Source: a virus (lineage: Duplodnaviria > Caudoviricetes). Taken from it: a DNA stretch of 56,618 nt. Shown piece after piece: positions 1 to 7,605 of this stretch (its first letter is position 1; the number at the start of each line of letters is the position of its first letter). Location of the stretch: positions 1 through 56,618 of the IMG/VR virus record IMGVR_UViG_3300044837_000080; one strand, given 5' to 3'. The translations under genes were made by a program, and so were the position numbers. Under the pieces are notes generated by a model. The model was given only the letters and a program-made list of their open reading frames with translations. It was not told the DNA's origin and searched no databases.

Positions 1-741
1 CATGGCAGCCGGCGTCACGACTGCCACAGCGGTAGGGTTCGCACAGTCCTACGCCGGTCTCTACGGGTGGGCACTGGAACACAAGCTAGCCGGCTGGAAG
101 GCTGAGAGTTTCCCGCTACTGGTGGATGTGTTCATTCTGGTAGGGGAGCTAGGTTTGTTCCTTCTGGCGTTGGATGGTTTCCGACTCCAGGCCAGGAAAG
201 TGCTCTCGTGGACAGATCTCCTGATCCCTGCCGCTGTGGCATCCGCCGGTTGGGGAGTCTCCCTCGTATTCAACATTGGGCACGTAGAGAATGCGTCACG
301 CGGTGACCAGTTCACAGCCGGGATTCCCCCGATCACTGCCATGATCGGTCTCTTTGTTCTGTTCCGTACCATCCACCGATACATGGCAGCCTCAGACCAG
401 AAGGCGAACCAGACCGGTACGGAGCTGGACATCATGGCTCCGGTGTTCGTACCAGCGTCCGAGGTACCGGCACAGAGCCCCGTACCGGCACTGGCACAGC
501 CGGTCGTACCAGCGGTGACCACTCCGGCACCGAGCCCTATACCGGCGGTACAGCCTCCCGTACCAGCACTGGCACAGCTACAGCCTCTCGTGCCGGCTCC
601 GAGCACAGAAGCCGTACCGGCACCCGTACCGACAGCCGTACCGGCTGACGTACCGGCACAGGATCCGGGTACGAACCAGGTACCGGAGCGTGCCAATGGA
701 ACGCCGGCCGGTACGTGGCCGGTACACCACGCGGAATGGAA
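1..741. repeat. Terminal direct repeat/circular overlap, copy A
   Basis: Aligns with 55890-56618; identical flanks, internal substitutions and a 12-bp indel. Confidence 0.95.
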
Positions 742-934
742 TGCCGGTGTGCGTGAATACCTGAAGTCGATCAAGGGTGGTAACCCGTTGGGTCAACGTC
801 CCCTAGCTGAGCGTATGGGGATGCGTAATCGGGTCCTGGCATCCAAGGTCATCCAGTACGTGAAGACGAACCACGAGGAAGCGGAAAGGATTTACGGTGT
901 CGATCACGACAGTGCATCTGCGTCCACCACCTAA
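2..934 (+). CDS. DUF2637/SpdA-like membrane protein with Pro-rich linker and C-terminal HTH-like region (5' end lies at 55837 across the junction)
   Basis: Hydrophobic helices with SY..L...A / FPLLVD / SLVFNIGH / IPPI pattern; directly upstream of the TraB-like gene. Confidence 0.75.
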   Translation: MAAGVTTATAVGFAQSYAGLYGWALEHKLAGWKAESFPLLVDVFILVGELGLFLLALDGFRLQARKVLSWTDLLIPAAVASAGWGVSLVFNIGHVENASRGDQFTAGIPPITAMIGLFVLFRTIHRYMAASDQKANQTGTELDIMAPVFVPASEVPAQSPVPALAQPVVPAVTTPAPSPIPAVQPPVPALAQLQPLVPAPSTEAVPAPVPTAVPADVPAQDPGTNQVPERANGTPAGTWPVHHAEWNAGVREYLKSIKGGNPLGQRPLAERMGMRNRVLASKVIQYVKTNHEEAERIYGVDHDSASASTT

Positions 935-2732
935 GCCGATCGGCAAGGGTGGCACGCGTCCGGGTACCAAAGGTAAGGCCGGTACCCGGAAGCCTAAGAC
1001 GCCATACCAGGAAATCAGCTCAGGTGCATTCCGGTACCGGGTCCAGCTCATTCCGTTCGGTGTGGCCGCTCTCGTGGCCGCTGTGGCGGTACTGGTGGCA
1101 CCGTTCCCCGGTGGCACACCGATCCTGGTAGGTACCGCGCTGGCATGTGCCGCTGGACTAGGCCGGTACGCTCGGCAATCCAAACGGCTCAGCACCCTGG
1201 TACCGGCACACTGGAAGGTACCAGGGAGTGGCACACCGGTAGCGCACTGGTACGCGGGCATGTGTGCCACGAGTACGGCGCTGTGGCTCGGCTACGCAAC
1301 CTGGTACGACGTGAAGCCATCCCCGCGTACCATCGCGGTACTGGCACTAGGTACCGCGCTGGTGGCCGCTCCGTTCTGGTACGGCCGGCGCGTCCGAGGT
1401 TCCATCCCGGTACGGTGCCACGACCTGGACCGGCGTACCGCTTCAGCTCGGGTACGTGCCAGCGGCACGCTGGTTAAGGGATGGTACGGCTTCACGGGCT
1501 CGGCAAAACTCGACAGTGCCAAACTGGTATCCGTGGACCATGACCAGTGGTCCGTGTCCCTTCGGGTCCGGCTGAAGTCCGGCCAGTCTTTCGCTGCGAT
1601 CAACCCCAGCGCTATCCGGATGATGGAATCCGCGTACCCGGCAAAGGTGCGTCCGGGCTCGGGACGCGTGACCGCTACCGATGATGCTCAGGTTGTCCAG
1701 ATCAAATTCATACTCTCGGATCCTCACGCGAATCCAGTACCGCCACCGCGTGAAACCCTCTCCGATCGGATCTTGCTCGGACTGTTCGAGACCGGGGATG
1801 ACATCATCTTTTCGCTGGTCAACACCCTGATCGGAGGTATGACCGGAGCCGGTAAGAGTGGCGTCCTGAACATCCTGATCCGGGCTCTTGCCAAGATTCC
1901 GAACGTGGCTCTGATCCTGGTAGACCTGAAGCCGGGAGCCCCTGAATTCACACCATGGCGCAGCGTGGCGCATTCCGTGATCAGCTCCCCGGAAGATCTG
2001 AGTGTGGCATTGGATCAGCTCATGCTCGGGATGCACACCCGTGGCGAGATCATGGCTCGGCGTGGCTGGAAGAAATGGCGTCCTACCAGGTCACAGCCTC
2101 ACGTAGTCGTGATCGTGGACGAGGTCCAAGGGGTCAAGAAAGCCGGCCTAGGCGGGAAGCTGGACACGGCTATCGGGCTGGTTAGGGCGTACGCCATTAC
2201 GTTCGTGGTGGCCACTCAGTACCCAACCGATGCCAACGTGTCCATGACCGTGAAAGAACAGTGCCCACAGAAGATCGGGCTAGCGGTAGAGGATCAGTAC
2301 GGGGAGAATGCCGTATTTGGTCCCCGAGCGGCTCGGCAGGGATGGAATATCTCAGAGATCCCTATGGAGGGATATCTCCTGATTCGGTCCCCTCAGTATC
2401 GGACACCGGTCCGGGGTCGCTCGTACTTCATGGCAGATGAGGACATCCCCGCTGAAGCGGCTCGGCTCGCTGAACAACGGACTGTGATCTCTGAGGACTG
2501 GATGGAACTGGATGCCGGCTCGGGGATGCCCGAAGTGGTAGACGCTGTGGTCATCGAATCGGACCCGGTAGAGACCGTGTTCGGCGTGGTGTGCGGGAAG
2601 TCTGCGATCACGGCTCGGGAGGTAGCAGACCGTTCCGGGCTCCCTCTCCGTACGGTGCAACGGCATCTGAAGGTCCTAATTTCGGGCAACCGAATCGTCA
2701 AGGATTCCGGCGGATATAGCGAGATGCCTTGA
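897..2732 (+). CDS. traB: TraB-like FtsK/SpoIIIE DNA translocase (actinomycete conjugative transfer protein)
   Basis: N-terminal TM helices, Walker A GMTGAGKS, VDLK motif, Walker B VVVIVDE, ATQYP, C-terminal wHTH (AREVADRSGLPLRTVQRHL); start uncertain. Confidence 0.85.
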   Translation: MSITTVHLRPPPKPIGKGGTRPGTKGKAGTRKPKTPYQEISSGAFRYRVQLIPFGVAALVAAVAVLVAPFPGGTPILVGTALACAAGLGRYARQSKRLSTLVPAHWKVPGSGTPVAHWYAGMCATSTALWLGYATWYDVKPSPRTIAVLALGTALVAAPFWYGRRVRGSIPVRCHDLDRRTASARVRASGTLVKGWYGFTGSAKLDSAKLVSVDHDQWSVSLRVRLKSGQSFAAINPSAIRMMESAYPAKVRPGSGRVTATDDAQVVQIKFILSDPHANPVPPPRETLSDRILLGLFETGDDIIFSLVNTLIGGMTGAGKSGVLNILIRALAKIPNVALILVDLKPGAPEFTPWRSVAHSVISSPEDLSVALDQLMLGMHTRGEIMARRGWKKWRPTRSQPHVVVIVDEVQGVKKAGLGGKLDTAIGLVRAYAITFVVATQYPTDANVSMTVKEQCPQKIGLAVEDQYGENAVFGPRAARQGWNISEIPMEGYLLIRSPQYRTPVRGRSYFMADEDIPAEAARLAEQRTVISEDWMELDAGSGMPEVVDAVVIESDPVETVFGVVCGKSAITAREVADRSGLPLRTVQRHLKVLISGNRIVKDSGGYSEMP

Positions 2733-2821
2733 CAGCGCCATCGCGCCATGATATCGCGCGCACGTACGCGCCTGCGCGCGTAGGGGTCCGATGTCGGGAA
2801 TGGCGCGCGATCATGGCGCAA

Positions 2822-2861
2822 CCGGAATCCCCCGACTTAGCGGTCAAGTCGGGGGATTCGG
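2822..2861. terminator. Hairpin between convergent traB and the leftward operon
   Basis: GAATCCCCCGACTT...AAGTCGGGGGATTC inverted repeat. Confidence 0.75.
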
Positions 2862-2871
2862 ACAGTGCAAA

Positions 2872-3012
2872 TTAAACGCTGTGCAACAGGGTGACCACGA
2901 GTACAGCAAACGTCGCCGCGATGACCAGGATCAATACCCCGAGCGCTCCGAGGATTCGCCACGTCAACCTGTCTGCCTCTCGGCTGTGCCACATGGGCTT
3001 CTGACTGCTCAT
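2872..3012 (-). CDS. Small membrane protein (46 aa)
   Basis: MSSQKPMW...ILGALGVLILVIAATFAVLVVTLL; start overlaps the upstream stop. Confidence 0.55.
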   Translation of the reverse strand: MSSQKPMWHSREADRLTWRILGALGVLILVIAATFAVLVVTLLHSV

Positions 3013-3191
3013 TACTTCCCCTTCCTTGTGCTCTGTCCCCATGCCTTGACGGCTTTGTCGGCTCGTCCGTGGACTTCCTTCAGCTCAGACGGTGTGAGAG
3101 ACCGGCCTAGATCTTTCTCATGATCCTTAGCCATGTCCTCAGCGATCTTGCGCGCGTGCTCGGAATCCTTACGCGGGGATGTCCAACTCAT
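3012..3191 (-). CDS. Hypothetical protein (59 aa)
   Basis: MSWTSPRKDS; SD-like sequence, coupled to upstream gene. Confidence 0.6.
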   Translation of the reverse strand: MSWTSPRKDSEHARKIAEDMAKDHEKDLGRSLTPSELKEVHGRADKAVKAWGQSTRKGK

Positions 3192-3580
3192 GACTTCCCT
3201 TTCCCGGTGTCGGTCTGAATGAAAAAGTTGATTCCGGTACGGGAGCGGAGTCCGTACAGCTCGTCTGCCACGGAACGCCGGCTCGGTGTGATCGGGCACG
3301 TTACGTCGATCTCGTCCGGCTCGTCAGCGTTGATCTCGTCCGCGTGCAAGTGCCGGACAGTGATCTCGTACTGGTCGCCATTGCTCATGACCAGGGTCAC
3401 AGCCGGAACGTCCGCGCTGAAGTCCCCGAGCACATCCGAGATCGTAGGGAGATCGGTCCTACCGTCAACGATCGGACGGTCGTGCCAGTCGTGCATGTGA
3501 TCGTGGATGGTTTCCGCGATGGACTCGGCAAGGATCTCGTGTTGCGGCTGGAAGCGGTCCCCGCTGGCGTAGACATCCAT
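3188..3580 (-). CDS. Hypothetical protein, apparent paralog of 3583-3783
   Basis: ORF with SD; shares LA.SI and TL...G..Y.ITV.H motifs. Confidence 0.7.
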   Translation of the reverse strand: MDVYASGDRFQPQHEILAESIAETIHDHMHDWHDRPIVDGRTDLPTISDVLGDFSADVPAVTLVMSNGDQYEITVRHLHADEINADEPDEIDVTCPITPSRRSVADELYGLRSRTGINFFIQTDTGKGKS

Positions 3581-3582
3581 GA

Positions 3583-3783
3583 TCAGTGCCCTTCTGTGTC
3601 GGTCGGTCCCGTGTGCTGGACCGTGATCCGGTACTCACTGCCGTCTTCAAGGGTGAGGACTAGGGTCTGGTCATCACTCGCGATTTCGCTAAGTACCGGC
3701 TCGGAACCCATGTCCTGGAAGAATTCCCGGATGGACGCTGCGAGCATGTCTGCGAATCTCACATGCCGCTCAATCTTGTCCAC
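3583..3783 (-). CDS. Hypothetical protein
   Basis: GTG start preceded by AAGGG; operon spacing. Confidence 0.6.
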   Translation of the reverse strand: MDKIERHVRFADMLAASIREFFQDMGSEPVLSEIASDDQTLVLTLEDGSEYRITVQHTGPTDTEGH

Positions 3784-3785
3784 GA

Positions 3786-3929
3786 TCAGTGCCCTTGCTT
3801 CAGCGCGGACACGAACAGGAGACCGGCCACGAGTGACCATCCCGCGATCACGGTCCAGATCTTCACTTCCTCAGCGAACCGGTTCAGGGTCCGCTGTGCG
3901 GACCGGTACCGGCGTACGGGGTTCGTCAT
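3786..3929 (-). CDS. Small membrane protein (47 aa)
   Basis: MTNPVRRY... with C-terminal TM segment; AGGAAG SD; TTGACA promoter-like sequence near 3986-3957. Confidence 0.55.
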   Translation of the reverse strand: MTNPVRRYRSAQRTLNRFAEEVKIWTVIAGWSLVAGLLFVSALKQGH

Positions 3930-4004
3930 GTTCCACTTCCTTCTCTTGACTACTCCCATTGTCCCCCGAGTGTGACTAGCTGTCAACATCCCTAGCGTGG
4001 ACTT

Positions 4005-4212
4005 TGTACCAGGTACCGAGCCGGCCGGAGCCGTACCGCGTGCCGCTGTGGTCCAGGTACCGAGCCGGTACCGCGTACCGGGTACCAACCCCGAGCCGTA
4101 CCGCGTACCGCTGTGGTTTGGTACCGAGCCCGTACCACCGGAGCCGTACCGCGTACCGCTGTGGTTCGGTGCCGGCTCGGTACGTTCCACCGGACTCCGC
4201 TCGGGTACCGGC
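4005..4212. repeat. GTACC-rich repeat cluster (candidate clt)
   Basis: GAGCCGTACCGCGT(A/G)CCGCTGTGGT at 4028, 4093 and 4141, plus many further GTACC words. Confidence 0.8.
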
Positions 4213-4249
4213 ATCATTTAACGGTATCCATTGACGAGATCCTTAGCCG

Positions 4250-4620
4250 GATGGTTGCCGAGCAACGTTGCCGAGTTACCTAGCCGGATCAGATCACGTT
4301 GCCGATTGACGGTGCCAACCTACTGAACCCCGAGCCGCTCGGTTGCTTGGCAACGTTGCCGAGTTACCAACCTGGACCGAATCACGTAATCCCTTGACGT
4401 TGCCGCTTGACGCAAATCGAGCCGAGCCGGTAACCGAGCAACGTTGCCGAGTTACGAACCTGGATCAGATTACGTTGCCAATTGACGGTACCAATCTACG
4501 AACCCGAATCTAGTTCGGTAACTGAGCAACGGTGCTGAGTTACCGAGCCGGATTCGATCACGTTGCCGATTGACGGTGCCAACCTACGGAACCGAACCCC
4601 GTTCCGTTATCCGGCAACCG
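4250..4620. repeat. 88-bp tandem repeat, 4 copies plus a partial fifth
   Basis: GCAACG(T/G)TGC(C/T)GAGTTAC core at 4262, 4350, 4438 and 4526; GCAAC again at 4614. Confidence 0.9.
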
Positions 4621-4845
4621 AACCTAGATCATTAGTCGGTCCAGCCGGCGTCATTCCGTAATGGCACTAAATAACGGGATCGGATTTGAGATGGAAATCT
4701 GGCAACCAATACGGGGTCTGACCTGGGCAAACTCCTAGCAGAGGGAGACCCTAGGGGCTGTGCCACTTCGGGGGTCCAAGCCGTTAGCGGGCAACTGAGA
4801 GCCATATAGCGGTATCTCACTCTCGGTATCCATTCCGAGGATGAT

Positions 4846-4874
4846 TTGACGGGATCCCTATCGGGGTGTACTTT
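4846..4874 (+). promoter_or_regulatory. Array-1 sigma70-type promoter
   Basis: TTGACG-17-TACTTT. Confidence 0.7.
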
Positions 4875-4908
4875 CAGGATCAATAACTCCACAGTGGAAG
4901 GCAGTCAG

Positions 4909-5136
4909 ATGCCGGAGATCGTTACGTATGACTCTGCCGTTGCCGCTCAGTTCCTCATGATGGGGGATCGGGTAGAGCGCAAAGGACGATTCATGATCGT
5001 GAACAACATCCCCGAGCGTGACCACAGCGGCGGCATGGTGAACGTCGCTCTCGTGGATGAGGACACGGGAACCCTGGTTCCCGATCACATCCCCTACGGG
5101 GTCATGATCCCTCTCGGGTACCCCCTCCCCGCGTGA
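4909..5136 (+). CDS. Hypothetical cassette protein
   Basis: MPEIVTYD; lies between promoter and hairpin. Confidence 0.7.
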   Translation: MPEIVTYDSAVAAQFLMMGDRVERKGRFMIVNNIPERDHSGGMVNVALVDEDTGTLVPDHIPYGVMIPLGYPLPA

Positions 5137-5141
5137 CCACC

Positions 5142-5166
5142 GCCCCGAGCCGCTACGGCTCGGGGC
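5142..5166 (+). terminator. Cassette hairpin
   Basis: GCCCCGAGCCG-CTA-CGGCTCGGGGC. Confidence 0.8.
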
Positions 5167-5254
5167 TGTCTCATGTCCAGGGTCCGGCTCCCGGAACGGG
5201 AGCCGGAACGGGAGCCGGAACGGGAGCCGGCTCGGAAACTCATCTGGATATCTA

Positions 5255-5284
5255 TTGACGGGATGATTTCACAGGGTGTACTGT
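5255..5284 (+). promoter_or_regulatory. Array-1 promoter
   Basis: TTGACG-18-TACTGT. Confidence 0.7.
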
Positions 5285-5321
5285 CTAGGTGAATGACAAC
5301 TCCACAGTGAGAGGTAACCAG

Positions 5322-5543
5322 ATGTGCGACACCGGAAACCTTACCCCGGAAACTCTCGGAGACATCCAGCGAGTGGAGATCATCTCCGAGAGCGACGCGC
5401 GAACCTCGTGGTTCTTCTGTAGCGTATGGTTCGACGGATCCGAGTCCGGACGGGAATTCGCGCCGGATGGCTCGGGGACCGGGAAAACGATCAGTGCGGC
5501 TCTGGATGATGCCGTGACAGACGCCATGGATAACCAGGGATAG
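5322..5543 (+). CDS. Hypothetical cassette protein
   Basis: MCDTGNL; GAGAGG SD; hairpin at 5556-5582. Confidence 0.7.
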   Translation: MCDTGNLTPETLGDIQRVEIISESDARTSWFFCSVWFDGSESGREFAPDGSGTGKTISAALDDAVTDAMDNQG

Positions 5544-5620
5544 ACCTGAGGACATAGCCCCGAGCCGTAGCGGCTCGGGGCTGTTCCATGTCCAGGCTCG
5601 GAAACTCATCTGGATACCTA

Positions 5621-5649
5621 TTGACGGGATGTCATCCTGGCACTAGATT
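5621..5649 (+). promoter_or_regulatory. Array-1 promoter with GGATG-T-CATCC palindrome
   Basis: TTGACG-17-TAGATT; ATG 7 nt downstream (leaderless). Confidence 0.8.
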
Positions 5650-5656
5650 CTAGGTC

Positions 5657-5902
5657 ATGAGCATTAAGGGATTGACGAGCCGGCAACACGCGGCACTGTC
5701 CACAGCGGCTACCCGTTGGGACCGCTCTCTATCTGAGATTGATATGCGCGTAGTTGGACCCCTGATAGATCGGGGACTGGTGGACGTTATGCGTAGTGAA
5801 GTGTCCTACTACAGCCGGCGTAAGGGATGGTGGGTGACACGCCGCGTGATCACGGACGTAAAGATCAATGAATCCGGAACACGAATCCTGAAAGGGGATT
5901 AG
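5657..5902 (+). CDS. Hypothetical cassette protein (possible wHTH-like)
   Basis: LT.RQ..AL ... L.DRGLV ... INE.G pattern. Confidence 0.65.
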   Translation: MSIKGLTSRQHAALSTAATRWDRSLSEIDMRVVGPLIDRGLVDVMRSEVSYYSRRKGWWVTRRVITDVKINESGTRILKGD

Positions 5903-5907
5903 TAATC

Positions 5908-6132
5908 ATGGCGCGTACCAAAGAACCATGGTCGGCACATCTGGTAGGGATGGGAGGTACCCGGCTGAATGACTCCGGAGAGGGATACACCGTGATCTTT
6001 AGTGTTGTCACGGACCGGGAGCCGGATCGGATGATCTACGTGGACATGTCTCCGGAGAGCGCTCGGAACATGGCAGCGGCTCTGCTGGAAGCTGCCGACC
6101 GTACGGAGCGGTACAACGCAAAGAGAACCTGA
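5908..6132 (+). CDS. Hypothetical cassette protein
   Basis: MSPESARNMAAALLEAAD C-terminal helix; hairpin at 6140-6164. Confidence 0.7.
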   Translation: MARTKEPWSAHLVGMGGTRLNDSGEGYTVIFSVVTDREPDRMIYVDMSPESARNMAAALLEAADRTERYNAKRT

Positions 6133-6219
6133 GGACACAGCCCCGAGCCGCTCCGGCTCGGGGCTGTTCCATGTCTGGACCCTGTTCGGAAACTCATCTG
6201 GATTTCTTCCCTGGATGTA

Positions 6220-6248
6220 TTGACGGGATGTCATCCTGGCACTAGGTT
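6220..6248 (+). promoter_or_regulatory. Array-1 promoter
   Basis: TTGACG-17-TAGGTT. Confidence 0.8.
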
Positions 6249-6359
6249 AGGAGTTACAAAAGCACAACGGCACGGAGCACCGACACTCGGAAGTCTCGGG
6301 TGTACGTGAACCAGACAGACCCGAGCCGATAAACTGAACAGGGGAGATGCACAGTGCAG

Positions 6360-6524
6360 ATGAGTAACCGACTGCCGTCCGTAGGCCGCGTGGAAGCCCG
6401 TACTCGGGGGACATGGCGGGATGAGGTACGCGGGGACTACGCATCCGGCAAGTCCGGCTACCGCCGGCGCGTACGCCGGATGGAACGCCGGAACGTCCTT
6501 CGGGAGGTGATGGACGAGAGCTAA
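6360..6524 (+). CDS. Arg-rich small protein (54 aa; possible GTG start at 6354)
   Basis: MSNRLPSVGR...RRRVRRMERR; GGGGAG SD; hairpin at 6533-6565. Confidence 0.6.
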   Translation: MSNRLPSVGRVEARTRGTWRDEVRGDYASGKSGYRRRVRRMERRNVLREVMDES

Positions 6525-6799
6525 CCCCGGACGAGAGCCCCGAGCCGCTACGGCTCGGGGCTCTCCGGCTTTGAGAGCGTCCCTAGCTAGATCCAATCCC
6601 GTACCCATAAGAGAGGTAAGGTTCAGGCGAGTATGAGGCTTACGAGCAAACTGGAAGTCATGGATACGGACACCGGGAGATAGCCCGGAAGTACCTGAAC
6701 CCCGAGAGCTGAGGACACAGCCCCGAGCCGCTCCGGCTCGGGGCTGTTCCATGTCCGGGCCGTGATCGGAAACTCACCTGGATTACTGCTCGGGATGTA

Positions 6800-6828
6800 T
6801 TGACGGCTTGTCATCCTGGCATTAGATT
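6800..6828 (+). promoter_or_regulatory. Array-1 promoter
   Basis: TTGACG-17-TAGATT. Confidence 0.8.
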
Positions 6829-6880
6829 AGGGGACACAACAGCACGTCAACCCCGGATCCCCCAAAGCGAGGTGAGTAAG

Positions 6881-6991
6881 ATGGGACAGAAAGGATGCCC
6901 GCATAGTGACAGTGCCGGCGTGTGTCAGAAGTGCGCCGCTCCGAAGTGCCCGTGTTCCGGACCGCACTGTCAAGGCAAGAAAGGGAAGTAA
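6881..6991 (+). CDS. Cys-rich 36-aa peptide
   Basis: GAGGTG SD; 6 Cys and 2 His. Confidence 0.6.
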   Translation: MGQKGCPHSDSAGVCQKCAAPKCPCSGPHCQGKKGK

Positions 6992-6995
6992 GATC

Positions 6996-7280
6996 ATGAC
7001 ACGTACCGCGCGTTTGCTTCAGCGAGGCAATGAGGGATTTCAGATCGTGGTGGCCGGTGGTCCGGTGTTCCACGGTCGGGAGGATGGCCGGTGGCCGGTC
7101 ACGTACCGTCCCCGCTACTCCACGGACCCCCGTCCGTTCCTTGGATGGGACTCGGGTTTCCGGTACGCCGGTGGGGAGCTGGAAGCCGTCCCCGGTAACT
7201 CGGGGAAGTCGGTGGAGTGGGACCGCGCGGTGTGTCCGGAGTGTGGTAGCTGGCTCCGGCACTGTACGTGTGACGAGTAA
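6996..7280 (+). CDS. Hypothetical protein with C-terminal CxxC...CxC
   Basis: CPECGSWLRHCTC. Confidence 0.6.
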   Translation: MTRTARLLQRGNEGFQIVVAGGPVFHGREDGRWPVTYRPRYSTDPRPFLGWDSGFRYAGGELEAVPGNSGKSVEWDRAVCPECGSWLRHCTCDE

Positions 7281-7315
7281 GAACCAGCACACCGACACAA
7301 CGTGAGGAATGCGCC

Positions 7316-7468
7316 ATGAGTAAGGCCAGTGACAACGCCAAGGTAGACGAGCTGAAGGAAGCCGTCCGTAACCGCGATGGTGCCAAAGCGGCGAAGATCG
7401 TGGAAGAGATCGGGAACAGTAACCCGAAGGCTGCCCGCGACTTCCTAGCCGGCCGGTGGGGCAAGTAA
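7316..7468 (+). CDS. Small helical protein (50 aa)
   Basis: MSKASDNAKVDELKEAV; GAGGA SD; hairpin at 7480-7513. Confidence 0.65.
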   Translation: MSKASDNAKVDELKEAVRNRDGAKAAKIVEEIGNSNPKAARDFLAGRWGK

Positions 7469-7569
7469 CCTCCCGAGCGCGAGAGCCCCGATCGGATCAC
7501 GGTCGGGGCTCTCGTCTGTCCAGGCTCCGGCCGGCTCGGAAACCTATCTGGATTCCTTCCCGAGATCTA

Positions 7570-7598
7570 TTGACGGGATGATTTACTGGCACTAGAGT
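7570..7598 (+). promoter_or_regulatory. Array-1 promoter
   Basis: TTGACG-17-TAGAGT; ATG 7 nt downstream. Confidence 0.8.
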
Positions 7599-7605
7599 CT
7601 AGGAC

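Noticed and set aside
3786-4234. Long ORFs across the GTACC repeats (3786-4217, 3997-4221, 4004-4234)
   Set aside because: Translations merely mirror the DNA repeats; only 3786-3929 has a credible SD and start
4250-4620. CRISPR array
   Set aside because: The sequences between the cores are homologous to each other rather than unique spacers, and there is no cas operon
5184-5232. GGGAGCCGGAAC short tandem repeat as a separate element
   Set aside because: Looks like a slippage expansion inside one cassette linker
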